A DNA stretch of 36,219 nucleotides, taken from positions 1 to 36,219 of the forward strand of contig JAPDJY010000009.1 in NCBI GenBank assembly GCA_029258835.1, written 5' to 3'. The DNA is from Thermoproteota archaeon. GTDB lineage: Archaea > Asgardarchaeota > Jordiarchaeia > Jordiarchaeales > Freyrarchaeaceae. Below, piece by piece: positions 21,384 through 30,208 of this stretch. The first letter of the stretch is position 1; every line of letters starts with the position of its first letter. The translations under genes were made by a program, and so were the position numbers. A model generated the notes under the pieces. That model was not told where the DNA came from. It worked only from the letters and a program-made list of their open reading frames with translations, and made no database searches.

Positions 21384-22628
21384 ATGTTCGATTTTGTAAT
21401 GAGCGAGGAGGAAATAAGAATTAGAGATGAAGTTCGAAGCTTCGTCAGGAATGAGGTTAGCAGCGAGTATCTTCAGATGCTTGACAGGGATGAAGTCGAC
21501 TTCCCCATCGAAGTTTACAGGAAGCTTGCCGAGAAAAACCTTCTGGGTGTGAGGTTCCCTAAGGAGTATGGTGGTAGAGGTAGCACGTGGGTTGCCGAGT
21601 GCGCCGCCGTAGAGGAGATCGGCGTCCTCGGCTCCGCTATAGGGTGCGTTTACGCTATGCCAAGCATAGTAGGCGAAGCCATTTACATGTTCGGCACAGA
21701 GGAGCAGAAAAAGAAGTATCTGGTTCCCATGCTTAAGGGGAAGCTTGTCTCCGCCGAGGCGTTAACAGAGCCTCGAGGTGGGGGAGGATCAGACTTCTTC
21801 GGGACAACGACCACCGCCCGGAAGGAGGGAGAATACTATATTCTCAACGGGGAGAAGAGGTTCATTGCAGGCGGGAAGTCAGCCGACTTCATACTCGTCT
21901 ACGCCAGGACGAACCCTGACCCAAGCGTTCCCGGCCACAAGGCTATAAGCGCCTTCATAGTTGAAAGAGACATGGGAGTGGAGGTAGCCTACACATACAA
22001 CCTTTTGGGCTTCCGCGGCATGGGAACCTCAAGACTGGTTTTCAAGGACGTTCAGGTTCCAGCCGAGAACCTTGTAGGCGAAGAAAATGGAGGTGCAGTC
22101 ATATTTAACAGGATGATGATCCCTGAGAGGCTTACCTCCGCCGCTGGGGCCATAGGTGGTGGCAGAGCAGCCTTAGATGTGGCGGTAAAGTATAGTATGA
22201 TGAGGAAGGCGTTCGGCCAGCCGATCAGGGCGTTTCAGGGGGTAAGCTTCAAGATCGCCGACAGCGTGATGAAGCTCGACGCTGCGAGGGCACTAACCTA
22301 CATGGCTGCGAAAATGGTTGACAAGGGGCTCAACGCCAGGAGGATGGTATCCGAGGCGAAGGCGTTAGCGACGGAGGCAGCGTGGGAAGCCGTAAACAAC
22401 GCGATGCAAGTGCTGGGGGGAATAGGTTATACCACGGTGTATCCGGTGGAGAGAGCCCTGAGGGATGCACGTTTAGGGCTCATATGGACAGGGTCAAACG
22501 AGGTCATGAGAATGATAATACAGCACGAAATATACAAGGAGTATTCGAGAGGGGAGATGCCGCCGGTAAGGGACGTAGAGGAGGACGCCGCAGACGCCGA
22601 CAAGACCGAGGAGAAAATATACGATTAG
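21384..22628 (+). CDS. Acyl-CoA dehydrogenase
   Basis: LTEPRGGGGSD, LNGEKRF, QVLGGIG, IWTGS. Confidence 0.93.
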   Translation: MFDFVMSEEEIRIRDEVRSFVRNEVSSEYLQMLDRDEVDFPIEVYRKLAEKNLLGVRFPKEYGGRGSTWVAECAAVEEIGVLGSAIGCVYAMPSIVGEAIYMFGTEEQKKKYLVPMLKGKLVSAEALTEPRGGGGSDFFGTTTTARKEGEYYILNGEKRFIAGGKSADFILVYARTNPDPSVPGHKAISAFIVERDMGVEVAYTYNLLGFRGMGTSRLVFKDVQVPAENLVGEENGGAVIFNRMMIPERLTSAAGAIGGGRAALDVAVKYSMMRKAFGQPIRAFQGVSFKIADSVMKLDAARALTYMAAKMVDKGLNARRMVSEAKALATEAAWEAVNNAMQVLGGIGYTTVYPVERALRDARLGLIWTGSNEVMRMIIQHEIYKEYSRGEMPPVRDVEEDAADADKTEEKIYD

Positions 22629-22744
22629 CATTTAACGGTGGACGCCTAAAACCTCCACCTTCCTTTCCACACTTTTACACTTCCCGCGGACAACCTTTCC
22701 AAAGAGGTGTGCTTCGCCGCCATAGGCTAGCTATGCCTTGATGC

Positions 22745-23431
22745 CTACACTTCGAATATCCTAAAGGTGCAGTTTGGAGGGTTATACTCTATTTTCTCCA
22801 GGTCAAGGGTCTTCCCTGTGAGTGCTTCCGCTATCCCGGCGAAGGCAAGGAGGCGTGCACATGGTGTACTGCCAAAGAAGGTGAAGATTCCATCCTCCTC
22901 CATTTTCACGCATGCTTTAATGTATGGGCAGTCACCGCTAACAGAGACGAGCACTCCCTCCTTCTCCTCGGCTATGAATACGTCTTCTTCTTTAATGAAG
23001 CCTATGCTTACCAGCAACTCTTTATACTTTTGAAGGGCTTCATAGACGCTTTCAGCCCTGCCGAGCGACCTTAATAAACCTAAGCTCTCGGCGAGAGACT
23101 TCGTAGCCTCCTTCCCTATTCTTTTCGAAATAGCCCCTTCTGTTGCCCCCATGAGCTCGCTTTCAGCCTTACCGATCCCGTAAACTAGTGCTTGATGAGG
23201 GTTCTCAACCCTGTTAAAGCCTCTCAGAATGAGCTCTTCAAGCTCTTCTAGCGTTTTCACCTCTCCTTCCACCCCCATCTTCCTTAAGAATTCAGACGCA
23301 TATTTGACGATGAGGGTGATCATGGCGGGTGTGACTAAGGGCTCCCTTCTTATCCCTGAAATTATCGCTTTAGCAACAAGCTTTTTACCTTCAGACACAC
23401 CAACCACCTCGCCTCCCGGCGTAGCAGGCAT
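22745..23431 (-). CDS. Hypothetical protein with Cys-containing V4R/4VR-like C-terminal domain
   Basis: Host-like codon usage. C-terminal CPYIKAC...PC...NCTFRI pattern; the fold call is inference. Confidence 0.55.
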   Translation of the reverse strand: MPATPGGEVVGVSEGKKLVAKAIISGIRREPLVTPAMITLIVKYASEFLRKMGVEGEVKTLEELEELILRGFNRVENPHQALVYGIGKAESELMGATEGAISKRIGKEATKSLAESLGLLRSLGRAESVYEALQKYKELLVSIGFIKEEDVFIAEEKEGVLVSVSGDCPYIKACVKMEEDGIFTFFGSTPCARLLAFAGIAEALTGKTLDLEKIEYNPPNCTFRIFEV

Positions 23432-23519
23432 AGTGAAGACGAGAATTAAACAGCTTATAGTTTTAATATCAACCCATATTTTAACTTTGCTACGCCAAAT
23501 GATTGATAGCTAAGGAAAA

Positions 23520-24800
23520 GGGGTAATAGAGGAGAGTTATTTGGGGAGTTGGAGTTCTTCCTGTCCAGCCTTTACCGATCTTGAAGACGTGCACGTTGTA
23601 TGGTACGGGTTTAGCGTCCTTTATTCCTGATGGGGTGATTGGTCGGCCGAGCGTGTTTTCCATGGTGTTCGTCACCCCGACCTCCACCTCGTTTTCTCCT
23701 GGGACGAGGAGGTTTGCCACGTCGACCCTGAACGGGTGCCATAGCCTCTTACCCTCATACTTTCCGTTCACCCATACCTCACGGTGCCCATGCCTCCGAG
23801 AACTCCAAGAACATTTTCTTATCCAGGTACTCCTCACCTACCATCGCCTTCTGCCTTAACGTTGCCTCCCCACTATGATAGGGGAAGCCAGACTTGCCTA
23901 GGCGGCCATCCGAAACTCTCACCTCTCTAAGTACCGCTCCACTACATGTGGCGAACCGCCCGGTTAACACCACCGGGTTCTTATTCCGTGGATGCTGGGT
24001 GGAATGTTAGGGGAGGATGAAAACCTGCCCTCCACCATGACGCTGTTCACGCTTCTCCTAACGTGCTTTGACGCGGGAGCGACCCGGTAGTTGGCAGGCT
24101 CATCGGTGAGTACGCCCTTAACTGGCCTGCTGAACCCTCCACTAAACCCCCTTAGAGTACTCATGCGTGTACCTTATGAAGCAAGCTACTGCCTCCTCGC
24201 TTAAAAGGTCTAGGTAGCCTTTCTCCCCCTTCGTTCACGGGGCGCAGCACATTGAGAAAAGCCCGTCATCGTTCACCCTCTCGACGAAGACGACATCCCA
24301 TGTTCCCTCCGGCGGGGTCCACTTCAGCACGGACTCGGAAACCTCACTCGAAAAGTCTACAACTTTCCCATCGTTCCTCCTAACCCCCTACAGCGGCAAC
24401 AAGGGCGCCTTTAACAGCCACTTCAACCATCTTCCCCTCCTTAACCGTGGTAATAGTGTAGTCAAGGTAGTGCTGCATGAACTCGACTGCTCCCTCAGAA
24501 GCTTACCGCCTACAACCCCGCTAGGCCAGTTATACTCGTCGTGAAGCCAAACGTAACCCCTCTCCTTTGGCGGCTTCAACCATAAACTCCATTTCCTCCA
24601 GAAATCATCCGACAGGTATTCCCGCTCCATCCCCGTCCTGGAATGAAGGAGGATGAAGGAAAACGCCGGCAACATGCATATCTCTGAGCCCCAGGAAACT
24701 CCACCTAAGCTTCTCTGAAAGCTCATCGTTCAGGAAGAAGAACGGTACAGGGCCAAAGCTTCGAGGAGACTGCGAAAACCGTCAGACGGTCAATCCACCA
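23520..24800 (-). pseudogene. Degraded glycoside hydrolase (GH106 alpha-L-rhamnosidase-like N-terminus, GH2-type sugar-binding C-terminus)
   Basis: Fragments in different frames: GPVPFFFLNDEL, HxRTGMEREYLSDDFW, WLHDEYNWPSGVVGG, EVWVNGK...WHPFRVDV..LVPGENEVEVGVTNT. Several frameshifts and a large internal deletion. Confidence 0.75.
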
Positions 24801-24975
24801 ACCTCCAGCCACCATTAAAACTAGAGAACAGCACCTCCCCTTTTTAAATTAATTCTACAACTTCTACAGCCTCTATAAGCTGTTTGAAGGGTTGGCTCAC
24901 CGTAACCACCTTAAGGTCGACGGATTTAACTGTGCTATGGCTTCTAGCATTCCTCCCGGTGGCACCGTTAGGATG

Positions 24976-25395
24976 CTACGCTGTGCTCCTTCTCACCGGC
25001 TTAAACTTTGGAAGGGTTAGCTCCTCTGTTACGTCGTCGAACACCACCTCCACTTCCATGTCAACTTTTAACTCCTCCGGCTTGCAGTCGACGACGTTGG
25101 CTATCATGTTCACTCCTTCTCTAAGCCTCACGAGCCCTAGGACGAACGGCAAGTCATCGTTAAACTCCGGGTAGCTGGTGCTATATAGGATGGTGAAGCT
25201 GAGCAGCCTTCCCTTTCCCTCGGACTCCACCCACTCCAAGTTGTTTGACAGGCATTTAGGGCAGAACATTCTAGGGTAGAAAACGCTGCTGCCGCAGTTC
25301 ATGCACTTTTGAATAAGCAGCCTGTGCTCCCTTAAGGCCTCCCAGTACCTTCTCGTGACGGGTGTTGGAGCTGGAAGAGGTTTCCTATACTCCAA
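24976..25395 (-). CDS. DUF35 (Zn-ribbon plus OB-fold) acyl-CoA-binding protein
   Basis: QKCMNCG..FYPRMFCPKC followed by an OB fold; directly downstream of the thiolase-like gene. Confidence 0.92.
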   Translation of the reverse strand: MEYRKPLPAPTPVTRRYWEALREHRLLIQKCMNCGSSVFYPRMFCPKCLSNNLEWVESEGKGRLLSFTILYSTSYPEFNDDLPFVLGLVRLREGVNMIANVVDCKPEELKVDMEVEVVFDDVTEELTLPKFKPVRRSTA

Positions 25396-25405
25396 CCATA
25401 ACCAC

Positions 25406-26566
25406 CTACCCGACGCTCAATATCATGGTTGCGTAGTGCTCCATCATCCCTCCATGCAGCTGAATGAACGCTCTCTCCGCGTCCTTAACCTGCCTCTCTC
25501 CTGCCTCGCCCGTCAACTGGCGTACAGCTTCTATCACGTGGTGAACTAGCGGGTTAACCCCGGAGTGAACACCACACAGCAGTCCTCCATGCGTGTTCAC
25601 AGGCAAGTCTCCTCCAGGCTCACCACGCCCCTCCTCGAAGAACCTTCCTCCCTCCCCCTTCCTCACGAAGCCACAATCCTCAACGTGCTCTATCGGCAGG
25701 AAGGCGAATGGGTCGGTGAACATCGCCAGGTCTATGTCGCCGTGCTTAAGCCGGGCCATTTTAAACGCGTTTTCAGCGGTTACCCTGCTACCCAGCTCGG
25801 TGAGGCTGGGCATAGACGTAACCCACCCATGGGTGTGATACTCGTCGACGCCAACAATCCACACGGCCCTATCAGTTAACTCCTTGGCTTTCTCCGCGGA
25901 CGCCACGAGGATCGCTCCAGCCCCGTCTGCAGGGCGAGAGCACATGAGCAACGTGTAAGGGTAGACGACCATGGGCGACCTTAAAACGTCGTCGACGGTG
26001 ACTTGCTCGCGGAAAAGCGCGTTAGGGTTCATTGAAGCCCACCTCCTCTGCGTTACAACCACACTTGCCAACTGCTCCATTGTCGTTCCGAACTCGTGCA
26101 TGTGCCTGACCGCTGGCAAAGCATAGAAGGAAATGATGTCGGCGCCGTAAGGAAGCTCAAACTCGGGGTGCGCGACGAACCTGACGTGTGGCCCCCTCCT
26201 AAATTTCCCCCCGCCAACGCACAGTACGCAGTCAACGTACCCCGAGGCGACGGCGAAAACCGCAAACATGAGCTGATTATATATCGTAACTCCTCCAGAG
26301 GTCATCGTGGTTGAAAGTCTAGGCTTCATGCCTAAGTAGTCGCTGATCTTTGTAGCAGTCTTCACCATGAAGTCCGGACCAAACTCGGCCAGGTATGAAG
26401 GACTCGCAAGCAAACCGTCAACCTCATCCTTCTCAATGTTAACCTTCCTGATAGCATTCACACAAGCCTCAGCGCAAAGCTCAACAATAGACCTCTGCGA
26501 CCTCCTCTCAAACTTCGCCTCACCAAAACCAACAATGGCAGCTTTCCTCAACACCTCACGCATCAT
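25406..26566 (-). CDS. Thiolase-superfamily (SCP-x/Ltp2-like) protein lacking the nucleophilic Cys
   Basis: AAIVGFGE, CSRPADGAGA, LPVNTHGGLL, EAVRQLTGEAGERQV. Start probably at MMREVL (about 26566). Confidence 0.85.
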   Translation of the reverse strand: MMREVLRKAAIVGFGEAKFERRSQRSIVELCAEACVNAIRKVNIEKDEVDGLLASPSYLAEFGPDFMVKTATKISDYLGMKPRLSTTMTSGGVTIYNQLMFAVFAVASGYVDCVLCVGGGKFRRGPHVRFVAHPEFELPYGADIISFYALPAVRHMHEFGTTMEQLASVVVTQRRWASMNPNALFREQVTVDDVLRSPMVVYPYTLLMCSRPADGAGAILVASAEKAKELTDRAVWIVGVDEYHTHGWVTSMPSLTELGSRVTAENAFKMARLKHGDIDLAMFTDPFAFLPIEHVEDCGFVRKGEGGRFFEEGRGEPGGDLPVNTHGGLLCGVHSGVNPLVHHVIEAVRQLTGEAGERQVKDAERAFIQLHGGMMEHYATMILSVG

Positions 26567-26612
26567 AATTTTAACTTTAAATTTTCGCATATTAAAAATC
26601 AATCTTCAATCT

Positions 26613-27527
26613 TTAACTTCGGTTTTTCTTTGACGCTGATCGCTGATTTTTTATTTTCTCTGAAAGATATGTTCTCAGCTTTTTCACCTCTTTTTCTTTA
26701 ACCTGAATTATTATTTGATCGTTTTCTATAAGTCTTGCATTATAGTACCCTATTTTTTCTAGGATTACATCTTTTAGTTCTATATCTATTTCATATCCGA
26801 TGCTATTCCTCTCAAGCTGCCTAGCAACTTTTATAGTTGTTCCGCTTCCCAAGAAAGGGTCTAAAACTACTTCTCCCTTTAAAGTAAAAAGAGTTATGAT
26901 CCTTCGTGGAATTTCTTCTGGAAATGCCGCTATTCCTTGCTCCAGCCTTCCTTCTAAGGGAAGTACATTGGTTATTTCCCAAACTGAAAGATACCATTTC
27001 TCTGTTTGATACTTTTTTACATCTATTTTTGATCTTTCAAGTGTATCAGGGTTGGTTTTCTTAAAAAGTTTGTAGTCGAATTTTCCTTTTTGGAAAATGA
27101 GTATTTCTTCAAAGATATTGTCAGGGTAATAGTACATTGGGTAAGGATGTTGAAGCATAACGCCTGACCGTCTACTTATTCTTATATATCCCTCTGGTTT
27201 TTTCCAGATTATTTTATCTCTATATCTAAACCCTACTTCTCTCATTATTTTTGTTATGTCGGATGTTATGGGGTATAACTCGCCTTTTATTCTCACATCC
27301 TGCACTACAAAACATGCTATTCTACCTTCTGCCAAAACATCAATAAGCGCACTACCAACCGTTGAAATAAGGTCTAAGTATTCTTCATAACTGCTAAAAA
27401 GGCCGGGATAATCGAATGGCGCATTAAAGTAAGGGGGAGATGTAATCATTAATTGTACTGACTCTTTTTTTAGGTCATGCAACATGTTTCTGCAATCACC
27501 AAAAATGATCTTATGCCAAGTTGCCAT
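26613..27527 (-). CDS. Site-specific DNA methyltransferase, N4/N6 family, beta class (SPPY, probably m4C)
   Basis: ITSPPY (motif IV) precedes VLDPFLGSGTT (motif I); AT-rich. Confidence 0.92.
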   Translation of the reverse strand: MATWHKIIFGDCRNMLHDLKKESVQLMITSPPYFNAPFDYPGLFSSYEEYLDLISTVGSALIDVLAEGRIACFVVQDVRIKGELYPITSDITKIMREVGFRYRDKIIWKKPEGYIRISRRSGVMLQHPYPMYYYPDNIFEEILIFQKGKFDYKLFKKTNPDTLERSKIDVKKYQTEKWYLSVWEITNVLPLEGRLEQGIAAFPEEIPRRIITLFTLKGEVVLDPFLGSGTTIKVARQLERNSIGYEIDIELKDVILEKIGYYNARLIENDQIIIQVKEKEVKKLRTYLSEKIKNQRSASKKNRS

Positions 27528-27634
27528 CGTGCTCTCTCCATATTTTTCATTCAGTTTTAAATTTAAGAGAGAACCTATATAAACAAAACATCGCTCATCA
27601 ATATTTAATTTGCTAGGATCAAGAAAGTACGTGG

Positions 27635-28555
27635 GTGATAAGTTTGAGAGAAAAACAAGAAGGGCTTAGCGAGCAAGATAAAGCTTCGGCTTTAATGGTC
27701 CTTAAGGATTACGGGGAAAAACGGTGGTCTGAAAAATGGATGAGTCACATTTCTTTCCCGTCAACGATAGATGTCCTTAATGATAAGGAGGACGTATTAC
27801 GGTATATGCTTTTACGTGCTTTGATAAATCAGCAGGCTAAGGTCGAAAAGGCGAGGCAACTTCCTAAGAGGTTATATGAAGAATTTACTGAGACATTGCT
27901 TTATTCTCCGTGGGAAATTGATCCATACAGGCTTTTTGACATTTTAGTGGATGTTGCAGGAGAGAAAGGGTCAGACCTCTATAAAGTCGGTGCTCTTGGA
28001 GGAATAAAGCCGACGTCTCTTTTTCTTTATCGTTTTTACTCATTTACGCTTTACATAAAGACCTTAGGTAACATAAAGTTGTACAATATAATAAAGAACT
28101 TTAGTTCACCATATGGAATACACATGTACTTTAAAAATAACACATTTCTATCGGCTGGCTGAGTTGGAAATGACCCCAAAGCATGCAGGATGCTCGCAGA
28201 TTGGATAACATTCCTTTTCGAAGAAGTATGGAAGGAAAATGTAAAGTTTAAACTAAAAGACTCCTTAATGATAGTTGACGGTCATGTAGGAAAAGTTTTC
28301 TCTAGAAGTGGGCTAATAGAAAACGTTTACTACGAAAAGAAAAGACCTTATATAATTCAAGCAGCAAAAATGCGTAGTGAAATAGAAAGATTAGTTAAAC
28401 AATATAATTTCACGCCTTTTTATGTGGACAATGGCGCATTTTATCTTTTTGAAGACGGGTATTGCAACGAGTTAAACCCAAAATGTAACGAATGCCCCCT
28501 CACGATTTATTGTAAGAAGTATGTTAAATGGACAGCATATCAACAATTAAAATAA
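27635..28555 (+). CDS. Divergent HhH-GPD/Endonuclease III-superfamily DNA glycosylase with [4Fe-4S] motif, interrupted by an in-frame TGA at 28160-28162
   Basis: ORFs 27635..28162 and 28190..28555 are in the same frame (FLSAG*VGNDPKACRM). Motifs ALINQQA, G*VGNDPKA (HhH-like), IVDGHV and C-x6-C-x2-C-x5-C. Confidence 0.75.
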
Positions 28556-28719
28556 ATATTATATATGAAGTACAGGTTAAAGAGATTACTTTGGGTGCAG
28601 AGAAAGATGGTCTAATTAACTAAAAGCAGTATTAAGGAAATTTTTGAAAAAGTTGGCTATGGGAAAGTTCGACATAATGGTCTTGTGAACATTTATTTAA
28701 ATCTTTTTATCAATTTAAA

Positions 28720-28988
28720 CGTTATTTTCCTTAAACTAACGCCCTTAAAGTAAGGATCGAGTTAAAGTAATTATTCTAGGATCATATTTTAATAACTTCA
28801 GAAAATCGCCATTGTTTACAAATCTCCTATTTGCAGTTCTTACACTTGTAAACTTGCTTCTTTCCACTCTTGCCATACTTGATAATATTTGGTGAACCAC
28901 AGAACTTGCAAACTATAGGCTCAGTCTCTTCTATCTCTTTTATTGCTCTCTTATTTTCGGGTTTTCCTAAGAGTGGTACAACTTCCAT
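28720..28988 (-). pseudogene. 5' remnant of an archaeal IS6-family (Zn-ribbon/HTH/DDE) transposase
   Basis: Manual translation from ATG 28988: ...CKFCGSPNIIKYGKSGKKQVYKCKNC / NRRFVNNGDFLKLLKYDPRIITL / LDPYFKGVSLRKIT. Two frameshifts; the DDE domain is missing. Confidence 0.7.
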
Positions 28989-28998
28989 GCCCAATATC

Positions 28999-29106
28999 TT
29001 ACCTAATGTTTTACCTATAATTAGGTATAGTTTACCTATTTAAAATTTTCGGTAAAAATTTACACCAAAAATTTTATAAATAATTTTACCTATATTTATG
29101 ATAGGT
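28999..29106. promoter_or_regulatory. Cluster of TTACCTA/TAGGT direct and inverted repeats, probable AbrB operator in a divergent promoter
   Basis: TTACCTA at 28999, 29011, 29032 and 29086; TAGGTA at 29022; ATAGGT at 29101. Confidence 0.6.
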
Positions 29107-29114
29107 GATTGAGA

Positions 29115-29297
29115 ATGGGTGAAATTACTGTGCTTACTAAAGCGACTTCAAGAAGTAAATCTTTAAGAACAACTATCCCTATGGGTATCGTAAAACAGTT
29201 CAACCTTTCAGAAGGGGATAAACTCAATTGGGAAATTAAAGCTGAAGGTGGAGAACTTATAATTGTGGTAAGACCATTAAAGAGGAGTGAAAAATAA
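29115..29297 (+). CDS. AbrB/MazE/SpoVT-family DNA-binding protein
   Basis: SKSLRTTIPMGIVKQFNLSEGDKLNW; GGTGA RBS before ATG 29115; stop overlaps the methyltransferase start (TAATG). Confidence 0.85.
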   Translation: MGEITVLTKATSRSKSLRTTIPMGIVKQFNLSEGDKLNWEIKAEGGELIIVVRPLKRSEK

Positions 29298-30208
29298 TGG
29301 TAAAAAGAACACGAACAAGTAGTTTTGGTGTTTCAGGGAGAATAAGCCACGACTCTACTCCTTTCTATTCGAGAAAGTTATATAGAAATAATAGACTTCC
29401 AAAAACAAAGCCAGAAGATCTTATCGAAAATAAAGTTCCAGCTGAATTTCTAGATAAGATAACATTGGGAGATGCACGTGATGTTCTTAAAAAGCTTCCG
29501 AGTAACTGTGTTCATCTGATGATTACTTCTCCACCGTATAATGTAGGAAAGGAATATGATGAAGATTTAACGCTTGGAGAATATCTTGATTTCATTGAAG
29601 AAGTTATGAGAGAAGTTTATAGAATGTTAGTTTGGGGAGGACGTGTCTGTTTTAATGTGGCTAATTTGGGTAGGAAACCGTACATACCTCTTCACGCGTA
29701 TCTTATAGAGAGATTCGAAAAAATAGGTTTTCTTTTTAGGGGAGAAATTATATGGGACAAGGGGGATGCTGTTGGTGGAGCATCAACAGCATGGGGAACA
29801 TGGAACTCTGCTGTAAACCCGGTTCTAAGAGATCAACATGAATATATTATCGTTCTATCTAAAGGTAGCTTTAAAAGAGAGAAAAAGGACAAAGTGGATA
29901 CTATCACGAGAGAGGAGTTCCTAGAATTCACAAAGAGTGTTTGGAGGTTTCCACCAGAATCAGCGAAAAAGATTGATCATCCAGCACCTTTCCCAGAAGA
30001 GCTACCATATAGATGCATACAACTATACACATTTAAAGGAGATGTGGTTCTAGATCCATTCGTAGGTTCTGGTACGACGTGTGTTGTCGCATTGAAGACG
30101 GGAAGACATTTCATAGGTATAGATATAGAAGAAAAATATGTGAAGATTGCTAGACAGAGAATAAAACAGATACTAGGCACAAAAAAACTTACAGAATATT
30201 TCCCTTAG
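29297..30208 (+). CDS. Site-specific DNA methyltransferase, beta class (SPPY, probably m4C), partner of the ThaI-like endonuclease
   Basis: ITSPPYNVG, HPAPFPEELP, VLDPFVGSGTT. Confidence 0.93.
   Translation: MVKRTRTSSFGVSGRISHDSTPFYSRKLYRNNRLPKTKPEDLIENKVPAEFLDKITLGDARDVLKKLPSNCVHLMITSPPYNVGKEYDEDLTLGEYLDFIEEVMREVYRMLVWGGRVCFNVANLGRKPYIPLHAYLIERFEKIGFLFRGEIIWDKGDAVGGASTAWGTWNSAVNPVLRDQHEYIIVLSKGSFKREKKDKVDTITREEFLEFTKSVWRFPPESAKKIDHPAPFPEELPYRCIQLYTFKGDVVLDPFVGSGTTCVVALKTGRHFIGIDIEEKYVKIARQRIKQILGTKKLTEYFP

Noticed and set aside
21768-21795. EPRGGGGSD appears to have extra glycines relative to the usual acyl-CoA dehydrogenase EPxxGSD motif
   Set aside because: In-frame change in a G-rich run; could be a neutral variant or an error, with no evidence of special function.
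27635-28555. Annotation as ordinary endonuclease III or as two separate hypothetical proteins
   Set aside because: The two ORFs share one frame and split a single motif series. Length, altered HhH loop, AT-rich composition and context differ from housekeeping nth.
26560-28720. Matching opposite end of the IS6-like element
   Set aside because: No plus-strand GGTTCYGTTG/GGTGTTG array was found to the left, so the methyltransferase-glycosylase pair cannot be claimed as cargo of that element.
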